NCBI RefSeq assembly: GCF_964194025.1
Contig: NC_134477.1
Location: 30,814,001 to 30,878,000, forward strand
Origin: Convolutriloba macropyga
Taxonomy: Eukaryota
Length of the DNA: 64,000 bases
Direction of reading: 5' to 3'
The translations under genes were made by a program, and so were the position numbers. Below, piece after piece: positions 1-12,852 of the stretch. The notes below the pieces were generated by a model. That model saw nothing but the letters and a program-made list of their open reading frames with translations, was not told the origin of the DNA and searched no databases. Position 1 is the stretch's first letter. Each line of letters starts with the position of its first letter.

Positions 1-825
1 GTTTTTGGGATTTCATACAAATCATCTATCACCTTCTTGTATGATTATCGGGACTTACTGATTTTTACTGATTGAACGTTATAGCTGTTGCAATTAGAGT
101 GGTTTACAACTGATTTAAATTTTTTGTCTGAAAATCTTATGGTTATGGGGAAAATACAAATCATATTCGACCTTTTATGATTACCGGGGATCATATATGA
201 CCTTGTATGAAACCAAGGAATTATGTATAATGAGCGACCTGGGAACTGAAACTGATGGCAGAAACAAAAAAAAATTTTTTTTCATCCAGTGGGCAATTAC
301 TGAAACCCGGAACCGCTCGCGACTTCTATATGAAGACTAAATAGGGCAAAGTTTTCATGGTGGCGATAATTTCGTCTTTTAATGATTGAGCTGTTACGAG
401 TGGAGTCGTTTACGACAAATTCACGTTTTTGCATGAAACTTGTATGATTGCCGGGAAATCATACAAATCATATATGACCTTGTTTGATTACCGGGAAAAA
501 TGAAACTCAAGAACTCATCGCTTGGGTGACTCTGGTTTGTTTTTTTACGGATTGGGCGTTATGGTTGTTACGATTAGAGTGGTTTTCAACTACTTTAATT
601 TTTTGTATGAAACTTGTATGATTACGGGGAAATAATACAAATCATATATGAACTTGCATGAAATCAAGGAAAGTTGGTTGTATGATGGGCAGCCCGGGAA
701 TTGAAACTAATAGCAGCTGAAACAAAATAAAATATTTTTTATCCAGTGGGCGATTACTGAAACCCGGAACGGCTCGCATCTTCTATATGAAGACAAAAGA
801 GGGTAAAGTTTTCATGGTGGCGGTT
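1..825. repeat. Degenerate ~455-bp tandem repeat (likely TE-derived)
   Basis: Block GGGAA[C/T]TGAAACT...ATCCAGTGGGC[A/G]ATTACTGAAACCCGGAAC...TTCTATATGAAGAC...AAAGTTTTCATGGTGGCG occurs at ~241-365 and again at ~696-822. The sub-motifs ATACAAATCATAT and TATGATTACCGGG recur. Confidence 0.7.
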
Positions 826-1270
826 AAGCTAGCCAATATCCAAGCAAGCCGAATTTCGAAAAACGAAACAAGAAACGGAAAATTTTGGAAATTGATTATT
901 ATAAATTGTCCATCGTTGGGCGGTGCGCGGGCTTTAGTGGTTTTTTGGATTACATTCTTCAGTGGATGAGAGGCATGACCATGAACAGCGGTCCGCAATT
1001 GCGCTTAAACGATTATTCGGCTGTCTAAACTGTAGGCCAAGTAATATCGTGGTAAAGTGTAGCACAGAAGGGGTGGCGATTCTCTACTATGTACCAAAGG
1101 GGGGCAATTGTCGAAAAGATTTCGTGACGTTTTTTGTGGTGTTTTTGTTGTTTCAGTGGTGCATTTGAATACATTACAAAATGGAAATATTATGCACAGT
1201 CTTTGCTGGAACGATTAACAGTTTGTTATTCCTCGTTATTCTATAACTGTTATCTTTCGGCTTGCTTTTA

Positions 1271-1876
1271 CCCCGGTCGAGAAAATTTCCAAAAATTATG
1301 TAAGAAATGCGCCGAAAACCACTCAATTTCAAAAAAATTAAGCGCAAAAACCTGACATAATAATGCGCTGATATGCGCTGAAACGTGCTGAAATTTTGTA
1401 AGAGATGCGCTGAAATCCGCTGAATTTTCAAAAGTTCAGCTCTTTTCTTTCGCTCCGAGGCTCGAACCCCGATCATTGTGTCTCATCTATCAGTTAATCC
1501 ACTGCGCTATTGAGAACTGAAATGCTTATCATATAATTTGAATTAATTATGAAAAACTTTTGATATAAAAAGCGCTGAAAATATGTAAGAAAAGCGCTGA
1601 AAAATGTGCTAAAACTTATGTAAGAAATGTGCTGAAAGTGAGCTGAAATCATGTAATAAATGCGCTGAAGATGCGCTGAAACTTTGTAAGAAATGCGCTG
1701 AAAAGGTGCTGAAAATTATGTAAGAATTGAGATGAAAAAGCACTGAAATTATGTAAAAAAATGCGCTGAAGGTACGCTGAAATTTTAAAGTTTCAGCGCC
1801 ATCTTGAAATTTCAGCGCATTCAGCGCATTTCTTACAAAAACATGCGCTGAAACGGCGCTGACATCTCGACCCGGG
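1271..1876. mobile_element. Non-autonomous DNA transposon (MITE; CCC..GGG ends, CACTA/EnSpm-like) with internal tRNA-like cassette
   Basis: TIRs CCCCGGTCGAGA / TCTCGACCCGGG with TA on both flanks. Many subterminal GTAAGAAATGCGCTGAA repeats. Minus-strand A box (1499-1509) and B box (1459-1468). Confidence 0.8.
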
Positions 1877-4085
1877 TATGTCTGCTTACATTTTCTGTGG
1901 CATACTTGCGTTCACCAGTTTTTATAACTTCTGACTCACAATTTAGGTCGATGTTCCAGTTTTGGCCCGCAACTTAGGTTTTCTCTGAGTAATTTCAAAG
2001 GAATGTTTCTGTTTTGCGGAACTGTGTATTTGTTGTTCAAATTGTACAGTTAAACGCAATTGTAATTCTGCGTGCATCGTATTTCTTCCAATGCACGCAA
2101 GATCGCAATGACTTTATGCAATTGCCTGGTAATATTCAAACGGGCACTAGTGAAAATGGCAGACGTACAAAAATATAGAATTTTTTTGCTAGCCAATCAC
2201 AATTGAGGAAATGAAAATATGGTTTTCTGATTGGCTGACTGCTCAACAAAATCTCCGTGTTTTAAAATAGGGTATGAATGTTAACGTAAAATTGTACACA
2301 AGTCGCGATAAGCCGAAAGATAAAAATTTTATTTTTTGGGGGGAAGATGGTCTCATGTTCGATTGTGATAGATTCATATCAAGTCCCACGGGCCGCTGAG
2401 GCATGGCCATGGCCCGCAAGGCATGGCTAGATGCGGTTTAAAAAGTAATCTAGAATTAAGCTACGTCTAATTTAGGCTAATTGATTTCATAAAAGTACAA
2501 TGTATTATCTTTCTCGACCAATCACATACGTTGAAATTTCCACATGTTGGTACGTCTATTTGTTAAGATGTCACCATTCAAACGACCCCACAGATTAACC
2601 CAATGGCTGCTATTAAGCATGAGGGAGAGAGATGACTTTTCAAACAAATTATACATGCTACAGCTCGCCGAGCAAGAAACTGCGAGCATCCACATAAAAA
2701 ATACCCGATTTTCAAGTTCGTTATTTGACGAAATCGAAAATAAATTGTACCAGAAACTCACTCTTTTCTAAGCTAGCCATCACGAAAAATCATTTTGTTT
2801 CAAGCTTTATTTGCATCAGGCGCACCCAGAGCCAATTTTAGTTCAGTTTGAGTTACCCACTCACCCGATGAATAACTATTCTTTTCATAAGAGGTTTTAA
2901 TAATTTCGATTGCTCCTTTCACGAAAAAGAATGTTTCATATGTTATTAAATTGTTCACGAATGTTCACGTACCTCACGTTGCTAAAGAGTCTATATATTT
3001 TTAGAAATAATAAACCTCCATTGTTTTTGTCTGCAATTGCTCTTCATGCCTCACTGGGTTATTTATTTCGTCTGTTGAGCGCACGAAAGTCTGGACATGG
3101 GAAACTTTGAAGGCATGAAAGTTTGGCCAGAGGTCCTTTTGAACACATAATAGTCTGGACATAAACGATCAAGACTTTCAATTTCGGAGCGCACAGATTT
3201 TGGTATGGAACAAAAGTTTGAACATAGGCTATTTTGAACGCTTAAATATCTGGATTTGGGGGTTTTTAAACGCATAAGAGTCAGGATATAAAACCGCTGG
3301 ACATAGGGAATTTCTAGCGCACGAAAGTATTTTTTTTCACGAGCTTAAAATAACCAGGAGTACCAAACAGAATATGGATTCAACCCTTTTAACGGAATAA
3401 TAAGTTGATTTCATGCAGTATTTTTTTGGATCTTTTCGAAACCAAACTTCAATTCAATTCAAAATGACAGTGAACGGTTTACAATTTTATTGTTTCTCGA
3501 AAACATTTTGCAACAGTTTTTGTTTTGAATAAATCAAAAAAGTTTAAAATAAAATAAGAACAACTTATTTGTCGTTTCTTTAACAGGCATAATAATTGAA
3601 CTCGCTAGCTACCTCGTTTTATTGAGCATTGTTTTGCAGAGAAGCATTGGATAACGTCCAATTGTACAAATAAATCGCGCAACTTCTTATGTTCTTAAAT
3701 AATGAAAGTACCGCTCCATGGAATGGAAGAGTATTTTCATTAAAAATGGAAGTACTCTTCTCAAAAAAAAACCGAAAAACGAGGCAAACTCAATCGTTAT
3801 TTTTTATCGTAATTAAAAACACACTATAAAAAAGAATTTGTTGTTGAATTTTACTAATTCATTCATGGCAATTTTTGTGGCAGGTTTCTTTTATTTTATA
3901 TTTTTGTGGCGATTTCTCTTGTTTGATCAATTAATAATTTTAAATCAAACGCGCTTGTAATTTGACCAAGGGACGATGACGATTTTTTTTCGAATAACAG
4001 GCGAGCTAGTAGATCAGCACTAAACAGCCAAAACAGAGGATACAAATACCTAAGGGGATTCATCTTGTTTTTATTGTTAATATAT

Positions 4086-4676
4086 CGCGGGTCGAGGTTT
4101 TTTGGTGAATTTTCGTAATAAATGTGGTCAATGCGGTGAATTTTCGTAAGAAAAGCATTCACGGTGATTGCCGTGAATGCTTTTCACCGCATTTCTTACA
4201 AAAATTCACCACCAAATTCACCGCATTTCTTACAAAAATTCACCGCATAGACTATTATGACAAATTAATGTAAGAAATGCGATGATTGCGGTGAATGCGG
4301 TGAAAAAAAATAATTCACCACATTTCACCGCATTTCTTACAAAAATTAATCGCGAAATTCACTGCATTTCTTACAAAATTTCACCGCATATGATTTCCAA
4401 AAGTTACTCAATTTGATTTAAATTCACAAGAAATTGCTAGGATGGAAGTGAGAGTTGGCGCAGTGGACTGACCAGTGTAAGGCACGCAGTAGGTCATAGG
4501 TTCGAACCCGTCTGGGGAAGCTTCGTTTTTGTAAGAATACTGAGAACGCGGTGAAAATAAATAATTCACCGCGTTTCACCGCAAAAAGATGTAAGAAATA
4601 CGCGGTGAAAATGATTTTTTTTCGCCTCAATTCACTGCATTTCTTACGAAAATTCACCGCTAAACCTCGACCCGGG
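4086..4676. mobile_element. MITE of the CCCGGGTCGAGG family with tRNA-like cassette
   Basis: TIRs CGCGGGTCGAGG / CCTCGACCCGGG with AT on both flanks. GTAAGAAATGCGGTGAA repeats in both orientations. A box TGGCGCAGTGG at 4456, B box GGTTCGAACCC at 4499. Confidence 0.85.
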
Positions 4677-6198
4677 ATTTACATTATTGCCATGTTTATT
4701 TCTTGGGGCGAAAACAATTTGCGCGTACTTTTCAAGTGACTTTCAGTAGTAAACTGCCATTAACTTCTTAAGTTGCTTTAAAACATAAATAAGAGCAATC
4801 CAGTGTCATAAATTTCAGAAATGGAGCGTGAAAAGTAATTTGAGAAGCGATCAGACTGAAAATGTTGACAAAAATTGGCTGTGAGAAGAAATTAGCGCAA
4901 CAATAAAAAATAAAATGTCCAATTCACATTTAAATGTAAAATGCAAATCACTGTAAGGCACGCTTTGGTTAGTTCATATGATCTGCCCTATTGGAGTAAT
5001 TTTTTTTCTGTGACATTTAGCCAGACATTGGTAGAAACTTCAACTTTGCGTGGTCTGGCAAAATTCTCATCAACAGTTTTGCAAGATGAAAACACTTCTT
5101 GAGAATTTTTGGACAATAAGTTTTTTCTACACGTATGCAAATTGTTTTGATGGTTGAGCGCGTGTGAGCAGCAAAAAATTGAGAAGGTTTGCGCATAAGC
5201 ACACGAAGATATCCAAAATGCTCCATTAATATTTTTGTTCCGACCAATCTTTTGTTCTGACCCAACAACTGGTTTGTTTTGTTCAGTCAATTATGCCCGA
5301 TCGTTATATTCAACAAAGGGAGTATCATCAGAACTCCCATTCAGTGTAGAAAATAGATTTGAAATGGTTATTTTAATTTTGTTTTTTTTTCTACGGAGTT
5401 ATAGAACTTTAAACCTTTGTGAACATCTGACTCATTTCATTTGTTTTTGTTCACATTTTCTTTATTTTTAATAAACTTTTGTCAATTTCGCTTAAAAACC
5501 TGTTAAATATTAATAATAGCGTTATTGTTATTTCTTTTAAATAGAGATGAGAGTTGTTGAAGGATTTGATTCAAAGGTTGGCTGATATTTGGGCTTTTTT
5601 TAAGAAGCTCAGATTTTTTTTCATCAAAATGCTCTAATTAATCTTTTATAGCAGATTTTGTTTAATTTCGCCAGAAGTACAAGCCAGAAATCTGCGGGCG
5701 TAATTTTATCGTCCTCCGAAAAAGATTATTTTTATTTCTGCTTCCTATGCGAGCGTTGTGGAATTGAAATGTAGGCGGTTTTTGACAACTTAATTGCTTT
5801 ATTTATAGCAAATTCATCGTTTTTTTCAAAGAGTAACCCGTTTGTCAAATTACATATTTTGAAGCAAATGACTGCATAGAGACTGGCATAGATGAATCAA
5901 TTGACTGTTTTTGAAGATTGGTCATATTGGTCATTATTAACAAGGCTAATTTTAGGTTGTCTCTATATTTCTACAATAAAAAAATGTACGAACTTAATAG
6001 GGCGCTGTCTTTTAATTTTTACTTGTTTTGTTTCTTTTCTGTTAATTACTGGAAAGTTTTTAGACGTGAGTGATTTTAATTTTTGCTCAATTTTTGGCAG
6101 AACCCTTTGTCGTGCACATTAGGCTCCAAAAAACATTTATCTTTTCTTCTGAAAACTCACGGTTTTTATGGCTTCAGCACTCTTTCCGTAAAATTGTT

Positions 6199-6446
6199 CG
6201 TTGCGTCGCAACACTTATTTTTGTTGATTAGACTTGCTTTAAACGCTTTAAAGACTTAAATGCTTTATGCTTAAGAAGAACTCAAGCTCAAAAGGAAACA
6301 AGTGTTGTTGATAAAATCAGATGAAATTATGATTTCTTAGTTCAAATCACGTGGTGATTTATTGTTGCGTTTGTTGAAGAAGTCATCTTGAATTGAAGTT
6401 TTGAAGCTCTCGCAATATGAAGGTCAAAAGGTTGTTAACCACAATA
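6199..6446 (-). repeat. 3' LTR of element 1
   Basis: Direct repeat of 12605-12852; both terminal dinucleotides are mutated in this copy. Confidence 0.95.
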
Positions 6447-6848
6447 TAACCCGGCCTCCTTGAACGAGTTCAATTGAAAAGTAATATTGAAGTCACTTGA
6501 GACCTTTTGTCACAAGACATTTCACAGAAAATTTTTGACGAGGAAATTGTTTTCTGAAAATTGATTGTTGTTTGCCTTGTTGTCATCTTCGTTGTCGTAG
6601 TCGTCATCGTTGTCGTCTTTGTCGTTGTCGCCATCATCATCCTCGTGGTCATTATCAACATCATCATCATTGTGGTCATCATTGTCGTTGCTGTCATGAA
6701 GGTGAATGATTTACAATTAGCTTGACAGACTTCAAAATTTTGCAAATATTGAATGCTGATGATATTAACTTGAATATTGATTGCTCATTGTCTAAGGAAC
6801 GCTTATCTTCCGGTCTTGTTGTATTAAAATGGATTTGCTGCTGACTTG

Positions 6849-8099
6849 TCAATCCTCATCCATTGAGTCATCCGCTGTCTTCCATTTGGGTAACTGAGAT
6901 TCTGGTCTCTCCTTCTCCAATGGAACCAGTCTGGTTACTGGTCGTATGTAGAGCCCTGTTTTCGCTCTAACTTGGAATACTCGTACTATCTTGTCATTTC
7001 CGTCGAATATTTTTGTAATCCTTGCCAGTGGCCATAGCATTGGAGGCGTGTTGTCTTCCTTGATGATAACAATGTCATTGACGGCGTGATGTTGTTTGTT
7101 ATCCTGCCATTTTGGTCGATGTTGAAGTGTTGTCAAGTAGTCCACGGAGGACTTTTTCCAAAATTGTCTGACAATGTTGTTGATGCTTTTGAACCTTCTG
7201 TTTAGTGTCCGGTTGTCTTCTTGAGATGGCTCCGGCAAAGCTGTCAGTGGGCGTCCAATAAGCAAATGAGCGGGTGCTAGTGCTGAGGGGTCATTGGCAT
7301 CGCTAGAGGGGGCTGTAAGTGGTCGAGAATTGAGGATGGCCTCGATTTGAGTGATCAGGGTTGGGAAATTCTCAAAAGACATCTTTGTTGTCCCCACAGT
7401 CCTGTAAAAATGTCTCTTCATGGATTTTATTGCGGCTTCCCAGAGACCTCCAAAATGAGGCGTCCGTGGAGGAATCGTCAACCAGTTTATCTGATGTCCT
7501 GTAGTGAAGGCATCTACCAGTTCCTTGAATTCTCTGTCCATTAATAATTTACGAAATTCAATTTCTCCCCGAGTTCCAATGAAAGTCCTTGAGTTGTCAC
7601 TATAAATATTTTCGGGCAGTCCACGTCGTGCTGTAAAACGTTTTATGGCGTCCAGACAGTCCTCTTTGGTCAACGTTGTAACTGTTTCCATATGGACGGC
7701 CTTTGTGCTGAAACATACAAAAATGGCAACATACGTTTTCTGCAATTTTCCGCTGCTGTCTTTTGTGCTGAAAGGTCCACAGTAGTCCAAACCAGTGTCG
7801 GTGAAATCAAATGATGAAACAACACGTTCTGTTGGCAGATCTCCCATTTGCGGTTGAAGAATCCTGGCGTCGTGGCGAATGCAGGGCTTGCAGTTGTAAA
7901 TGATTTTTTTAACAGCTGATAGTCCTCCGGGTATCCAAATGGTTTGTCGTAGATAAAATAATGTTAACTGTGGGCCTCCATGTAAGTTCCTTGCATAAGC
8001 TTCCCGAATCAGAAGCACTGTGATTGGCGAATCTTTGGGAATCAGGATTGGAAACTTTTTGTCAATGTTGTATGGCGAATTTGCTAGTCGTCCGCCCAC
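6849..8099 (-). pseudogene. BEL/Pao integrase region (Zn-binding, DDE core, C-terminal WPLARI motif)
   Basis: LHGGP...CKPC, GLDYCGPF, IYSDN, GGLWEAAIKS, LNSRPL and WPLARI motifs. Separated from upstream pol by stops and frameshifts. Confidence 0.92.
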
Positions 8100-8266
8100 G
8101 CGAACAACTTTATTGTCTGGGTCTTAGAAGGGAGAAAGTCTGAAAAGTCGTCCTCTTTATGGCAAGAGTTTTTTTCTTCGTTTTGTTGTACTGTTGATCA
8201 ATTCTTCTTCACTTGTACCTACCTGTTGCTCCAATTCGTTGAAACTTGTTGGTCTAACTTCTTGGA

Positions 8267-10130
8267 TTAATTAGCTGAACTATTGAGTTGTTCTCCTGAG
8301 GTTTGCTTCAGTGTCTCTCGTTGCACTTCGTTGTTCATTGCAGGCTGATGTCCCTCAATTGATTCTGACTTCGGCCAATAATCTTCGCTTTTTTCTAGCC
8401 AGTTGGGTCCATTCCACCAAAGGTTTTTTTTGGCTAGGTTTGCGGCTGAGATCCCTCGTGATGCGCAATCAGCAGGATTCTCCTCCGTCGGCACGAAATT
8501 CCAATTGCTGGATGGAATGATGTTCTGAATTTTTGCAACACGGTTGGCAACGAATGTCTTCCACTTTCATGGAAAGTCTTGCAGCCAAGCAAGTGTTACC
8601 GTTGAATCTGTCCAGGCGTACACTTTTGTTGTCGGGAAACGTTGATCGCTCACAGATGATGATACCGCTTCCACCAAGTTTGCTCCAAGAAGTGCTGCAC
8701 AAATTTCCAACCGTGGAATGCACAAGCTCCTTATTGGTGCAACTCTGGTCTTTCCTGTCAACATCTTTGTGTGAACCGACCCGTCGAAAGAGTGTCGTAT
8801 ATACACAACTGCGGCGTAGGCTGTAGTTGATGCATCACAGAAGACGTGAAGTTCAATGTCCGATAATGTTGGTGAGATTGAAACTACCGTCCTGGGCAGT
8901 GTAATAGTTTCCAATTCCCTCAGTTGAACTCTGAGTCGGCTGTACTGTTGCTGAAGGCCTTTCGTCAAAGCTTTGTCCCATCCAAGTCGGTCCATCCAAA
9001 GCAGTTGTATAAAAGACTTGAACTGTATGGTTGTAGGTGAAAGCCATCCCAAAGGATCGAAGAGCCGGGTAACTTCCGACAGTATTTCGCGTTTTGTAGA
9101 TGGTGTCTTTTTGTCTAGGTTTGCTATGAAACTGAAGTGGTCTGGATTTGGGTTCCACTTGACGCCTAAAGTTTTTATACTGTAGTCGTCGCTTTTAATT
9201 GTCATCTCGTCGGTAGTTTCTCGAAAATTTGCAGGTAATCTTTCAACAAGTTCTGGGTTACTTGAAGTCCATTTGCGAATCTCAAATCCTGCCTTTGAAA
9301 GAACTGCTATGATTGGGTCCTGCAGATACATTGCGCTTTCCAGATCGGCTGCTCCTGTCAATAAGTCGTCGACGTACATGTCTGTCTTGATTCCTAGCTG
9401 TACATTTTTGTCCGTAACCTCTTCCGCTAAAACCTGTAATGGACGAATAAAATGGAACGCTGATGATGCTATTACGTACGTGACACGTGTCATCCTAAAT
9501 GTCTTTATATCTGTTGAGTTTGGTTCCTTCCAAAGTAGTCGATGATAGTCTTTATCTTCGACGTCCAGTTGCACTTGTCTGTACATTTTTGCAATGTCTG
9601 ATGAAAGGGCTACAGAATACATACGGAAACGGATCAGGATGCTGAATAGATCTTTCTGGATCTTGGGTCCCACCATCAATCTATCGTTCAAAGAAATTCC
9701 ACTGGTAGTCTTCGCTGAACCATCAAAGACTACACGCAGCTTCGTAGTTGTGCTTGAGTCTTTGAACACACAGTGATGGCTGAGATAGTAGCTTTTCTCT
9801 ATGGGCAGTAGCATCTTCTTTGCGGGTACTTCTTCCATGTGTCCTAGATTAATGAACTCATTGATGAACTCGTTGTATGGTCTGTACAGATCAGGCTGTT
9901 TCTGAAGTCTGTGAAGAAGACTTCTAAGTCTTTGTCGTGCTTGCTGCTGTGAATCCCCCTGTTCTCCAATTTCTTCCTTAAACGGCAGTTTTACGATGAA
10001 CCTTCCTTCAGGGCTTCTTCTTGTGGTTAACTTGAAGTGTTCGTCACATCTTTTCTTCGTCGGTCAGATGTTTAGTTGCAGGCACTTCCTCGATTTCCCA
10101 AAGACACAGTAAACTGACTTCAAATGATGA
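8267..10130 (-). pseudogene. BEL/Pao reverse transcriptase + RNase H (fragmented)
   Basis: KLRVVFDGS, DIAKMYRQV, YVDD, FDPLGW, FCDAS, WTDS and ENPADCASRG motifs. Confidence 0.92.
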
Positions 10131-10136
10131 CACAAA

Positions 10137-12039
10137 TCAGGTTTGCAAACTGGAAGAATTGGAAGTTTGCACGTTTTTGCGTCCGATTACTAACCAACCG
10201 AATACTGATGGTCGATAGGTAACGGGAATGTTTGGTTCTTTCAGTCGGTTGTTCCCAACCACCAAGTCCTCGTAGTGTCCAGCTCCAATGATTAGATCAA
10301 TTTGGGCGCGCTTGTTAAAGTCGGGATCAGCCAACTGTAGTTCCTTTACTGTCTCCCAATTGTCTGTGTTGATGTACCGAGAAGGCAAATCGTTTGTCAA
10401 TTTCGTTAAAACTGACGCGTCAATGATAATTGGTGCTTTATTTTTTGGTTGAATGCAGAGGTCTACAAATCCGCGATTAGTTGAGATTTCATTTCCTCCA
10501 AGTCCAAAAACACGAGTATTGTTCCTCTTTCTCTTTAGCTGAAGTCTTTGTGCTGCAGCTTCAGTTACAAGATTATTCTGAGATGCAGAGTCCAGAATTG
10601 CTCGCAGATATACTATTTCTTCTTGGACATTAACAGGAACAATTGCTGTTTGAAGAAAAATTTCCTGTGTCATGGGTGAGGGCTGCTGTTATCTTTTGAT
10701 CGATAGTTACTTGTTCTGAATTACTGCTTGAAGCTCCAGATGTAACCTTTTCCTGTTTCCCTGCGTTTGCTTTGCGGCTGTTTCCAAAAGAATTTTTCAC
10801 TTGATTGTTGACTTGATGCGCATCTTCTCGATGCAACAAGGTGTGATGCTTACGTCCACATTGGCGGCATGAAGAACCTTCGCAGTTCTCTGATCGGTGT
10901 CCTGGTCGCTGACAATTGAAACAAAGTCCTTTGAATTTGATCAACTGGGCTCGCTCCTTGACACCTATAACCTTTGAACTTCCCACATTTGAAAATTCGG
11001 TTTTCCTCTTCACAACATTTGCGTTGCTGATTCGTTGTCGTAACATGAGTATGAAGTTGTCTCTGTGCTTGATTTTGTTACGATTGCGATCGTTTTTCGT
11101 TATTTGATGAACTGCTGCTTGGTGCTGCTGACTCCAAGGCTTGAACACGTTTGTCCAGGAAAGTCTTTAGTTCCTGATAGGTCTGTAGTTCTTTCCCTTT
11201 TGAAGAAAGCTCCCAGAACTTTCATGTTTCGGTGGGCAGTTTTTCTGCGATGAAGTACACAAAGAAGGGGTCCTGATGCTCAACTGGTTGTCCCATGTTC
11301 CGGAAGAAAGTCTATGCACCTCAATTGTGTCGACAAGTTTTCGTAATTCCCGAGTGTTTTCGTTTGAAACTGGTCGATAGGAGACAATTCCATGGATATG
11401 GGCTCGCAGTATCTATCTTTTATTGTCGTATCGATTGTGCAAAATTTCCATTGCAACATCGAAGTTGTCGTCGGTGAGTGTGATTGAAGTTAACATCTTC
11501 GAGGCTTCTCCTTTCACTGCTGACTTCAGTTACTGCAATCTCAAACTGTTTGTCAACTGATCGTTATCTATTACAGCTCCCTTGAAGCGATCGAAAAACG
11601 AGATCCAGTCCAAGTAGTTTCCGGAAAAACTGGGCAAGTCGAGCTTCGGCAGATTGATGTTCTGTATATTTCTCGAAATCGTGGTGCCTCCGGCTGCAAA
11701 TGAGCTCTCTTGTGACGAGTGTCTTGTCTTTCGCTGAACAAACCGATGAACATAGTCAATGTTTTGGCATACCTTGTCGTCATACTCCCCTGTCTCAACA
11801 ATTTCATCGTCCAAGTTGTTGGTATCATCAAAAAGGGACTGAATCTTTTGGTTCTGCTCAGATAAGAAGGCTTGCTTCTTCTTCAAAAATTCAACTATCT
11901 GCTGCAGTCGCATAAGATCGTCTTCATTGAGAAGTGTGAACGGTTTGTGCATTATGCCCTCTGCTTCATTGTAGAGTTTTGTTGCAACTCCTCTGTGAGC
12001 CCCACGCGACTTTCGAAGAAGTTCTAGATTTTCTGGCAT
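10137..12039 (-). pseudogene. BEL/Pao gag (LPKLDLP domain, CCHC knuckles) and aspartic protease
   Basis: LPKLDLPSFSGNYLDWISFFDRF; CFNCQRPGHRSENC..CRQCGRKHHTLLH; protease RAILDSAS and DLIIGA. Stops and frameshifts present. Confidence 0.9.
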
Positions 12040-12604
12040 GTTTCTGATATGCTGTTCTGTGCTTTGTTCTTGATGCTGTTCTTTAGTTGTATTCTTTGGC
12101 TGTGTTCTTTGTCTTTATCTGTTGCTGTAAATCTTTTGTGACTAAAAGCTCAGAAAACAAGTTAAAACAGCGCAAAAGTTGTAAATATAGGGTTGTATCT
12201 ATCCCCCCAACAAAAGTGCGACCAAATTTAACGCGCGAACTTAGTCTTACTACCTCAAGGGGCAAAGTAAGCTAACAAAAACCGAGTTCTCGATGAGAAC
12301 TAGAGAGAAAGATTGACTTCCCCTGAAGTTTTCCAAAAAAATTTGCTGAATCTTGAGTATACAGTTACCCCACTAGATATCCTCTACCGGGTCCCTTGGT
12401 TAGATTAATCAACCTAGTTATACAAATTAATCAACTTGAATAACATGTGGGGGGATGATGGTATCTAGTGGGGGGTCCGCTTTTCAATATCCCTTTAAGT
12501 TTCCCCTTTTTAGGTTATCAACAAATTTTTGAGAGAGTGAATGCTTTGGGTGCTTAATGCTTTGACTATTTTATCCTTAAACTATTTTTCGGCGGACTAT
12601 TAAA

Positions 12605-12852
12605 TGTTGCGTCGCAACACTTATTTTTGTTGATTAGACTTGCTTTAAACGCTTTAAAGACTTAAATGTTTTATGCTTAAGAAGAACTCAAGCTCAAAAG
12701 GAAACAAGTGTTGTTGATAAAATCAGATGAAATTATGATTTCTTAGTTCAAATCACGTGGTAATTTATTGTTGCGTTTGTTGAAGAAGTCATCTTGAATT
12801 GAAGTTTTTAAGCTCTCGCAATATGAAGGTCAAAAGGTTGTTAACCACAACA
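12605..12852 (-). repeat. 5' LTR of element 1
   Basis: TG...CA ends; matches 6199-6446. Confidence 0.95.

Larger units (their letters stand above)
6199..12852 (-). mobile_element. Full-length BEL/Pao LTR retrotransposon, decayed (element 1)
   Basis: 248-bp LTRs at 6199-6446 and 12605-12852 (5 mismatches by eye). TSD TTGTT at 6194-6198 and 12853-12857. PPT CAAGGAGGCCGGGTTA next to the 3' LTR. Domain order gag-PR-RT-RH-IN. Confidence 0.95.

Noticed and set aside
2380-2435. GC-rich hairpin-like segment ending in CTAG (Helitron 3' end?)
   Set aside because: Not followed by T, no 5' TC end or second copy identified.
2522-2771. Overlapping 75-79 aa ORFs
   Set aside because: No recognisable domain or splice support.
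3775-3855. ~80-bp segment repeated at ~12920-13000
   Set aside because: Real but only a short dispersed repeat fragment; not element 1's TSD, which is TTGTT.
4450-4530. Functional tRNA genes at the MITE cassettes
   Set aside because: A and B boxes are present, but I could not fold convincing acceptor or anticodon stems, and copies differ in the anticodon region.
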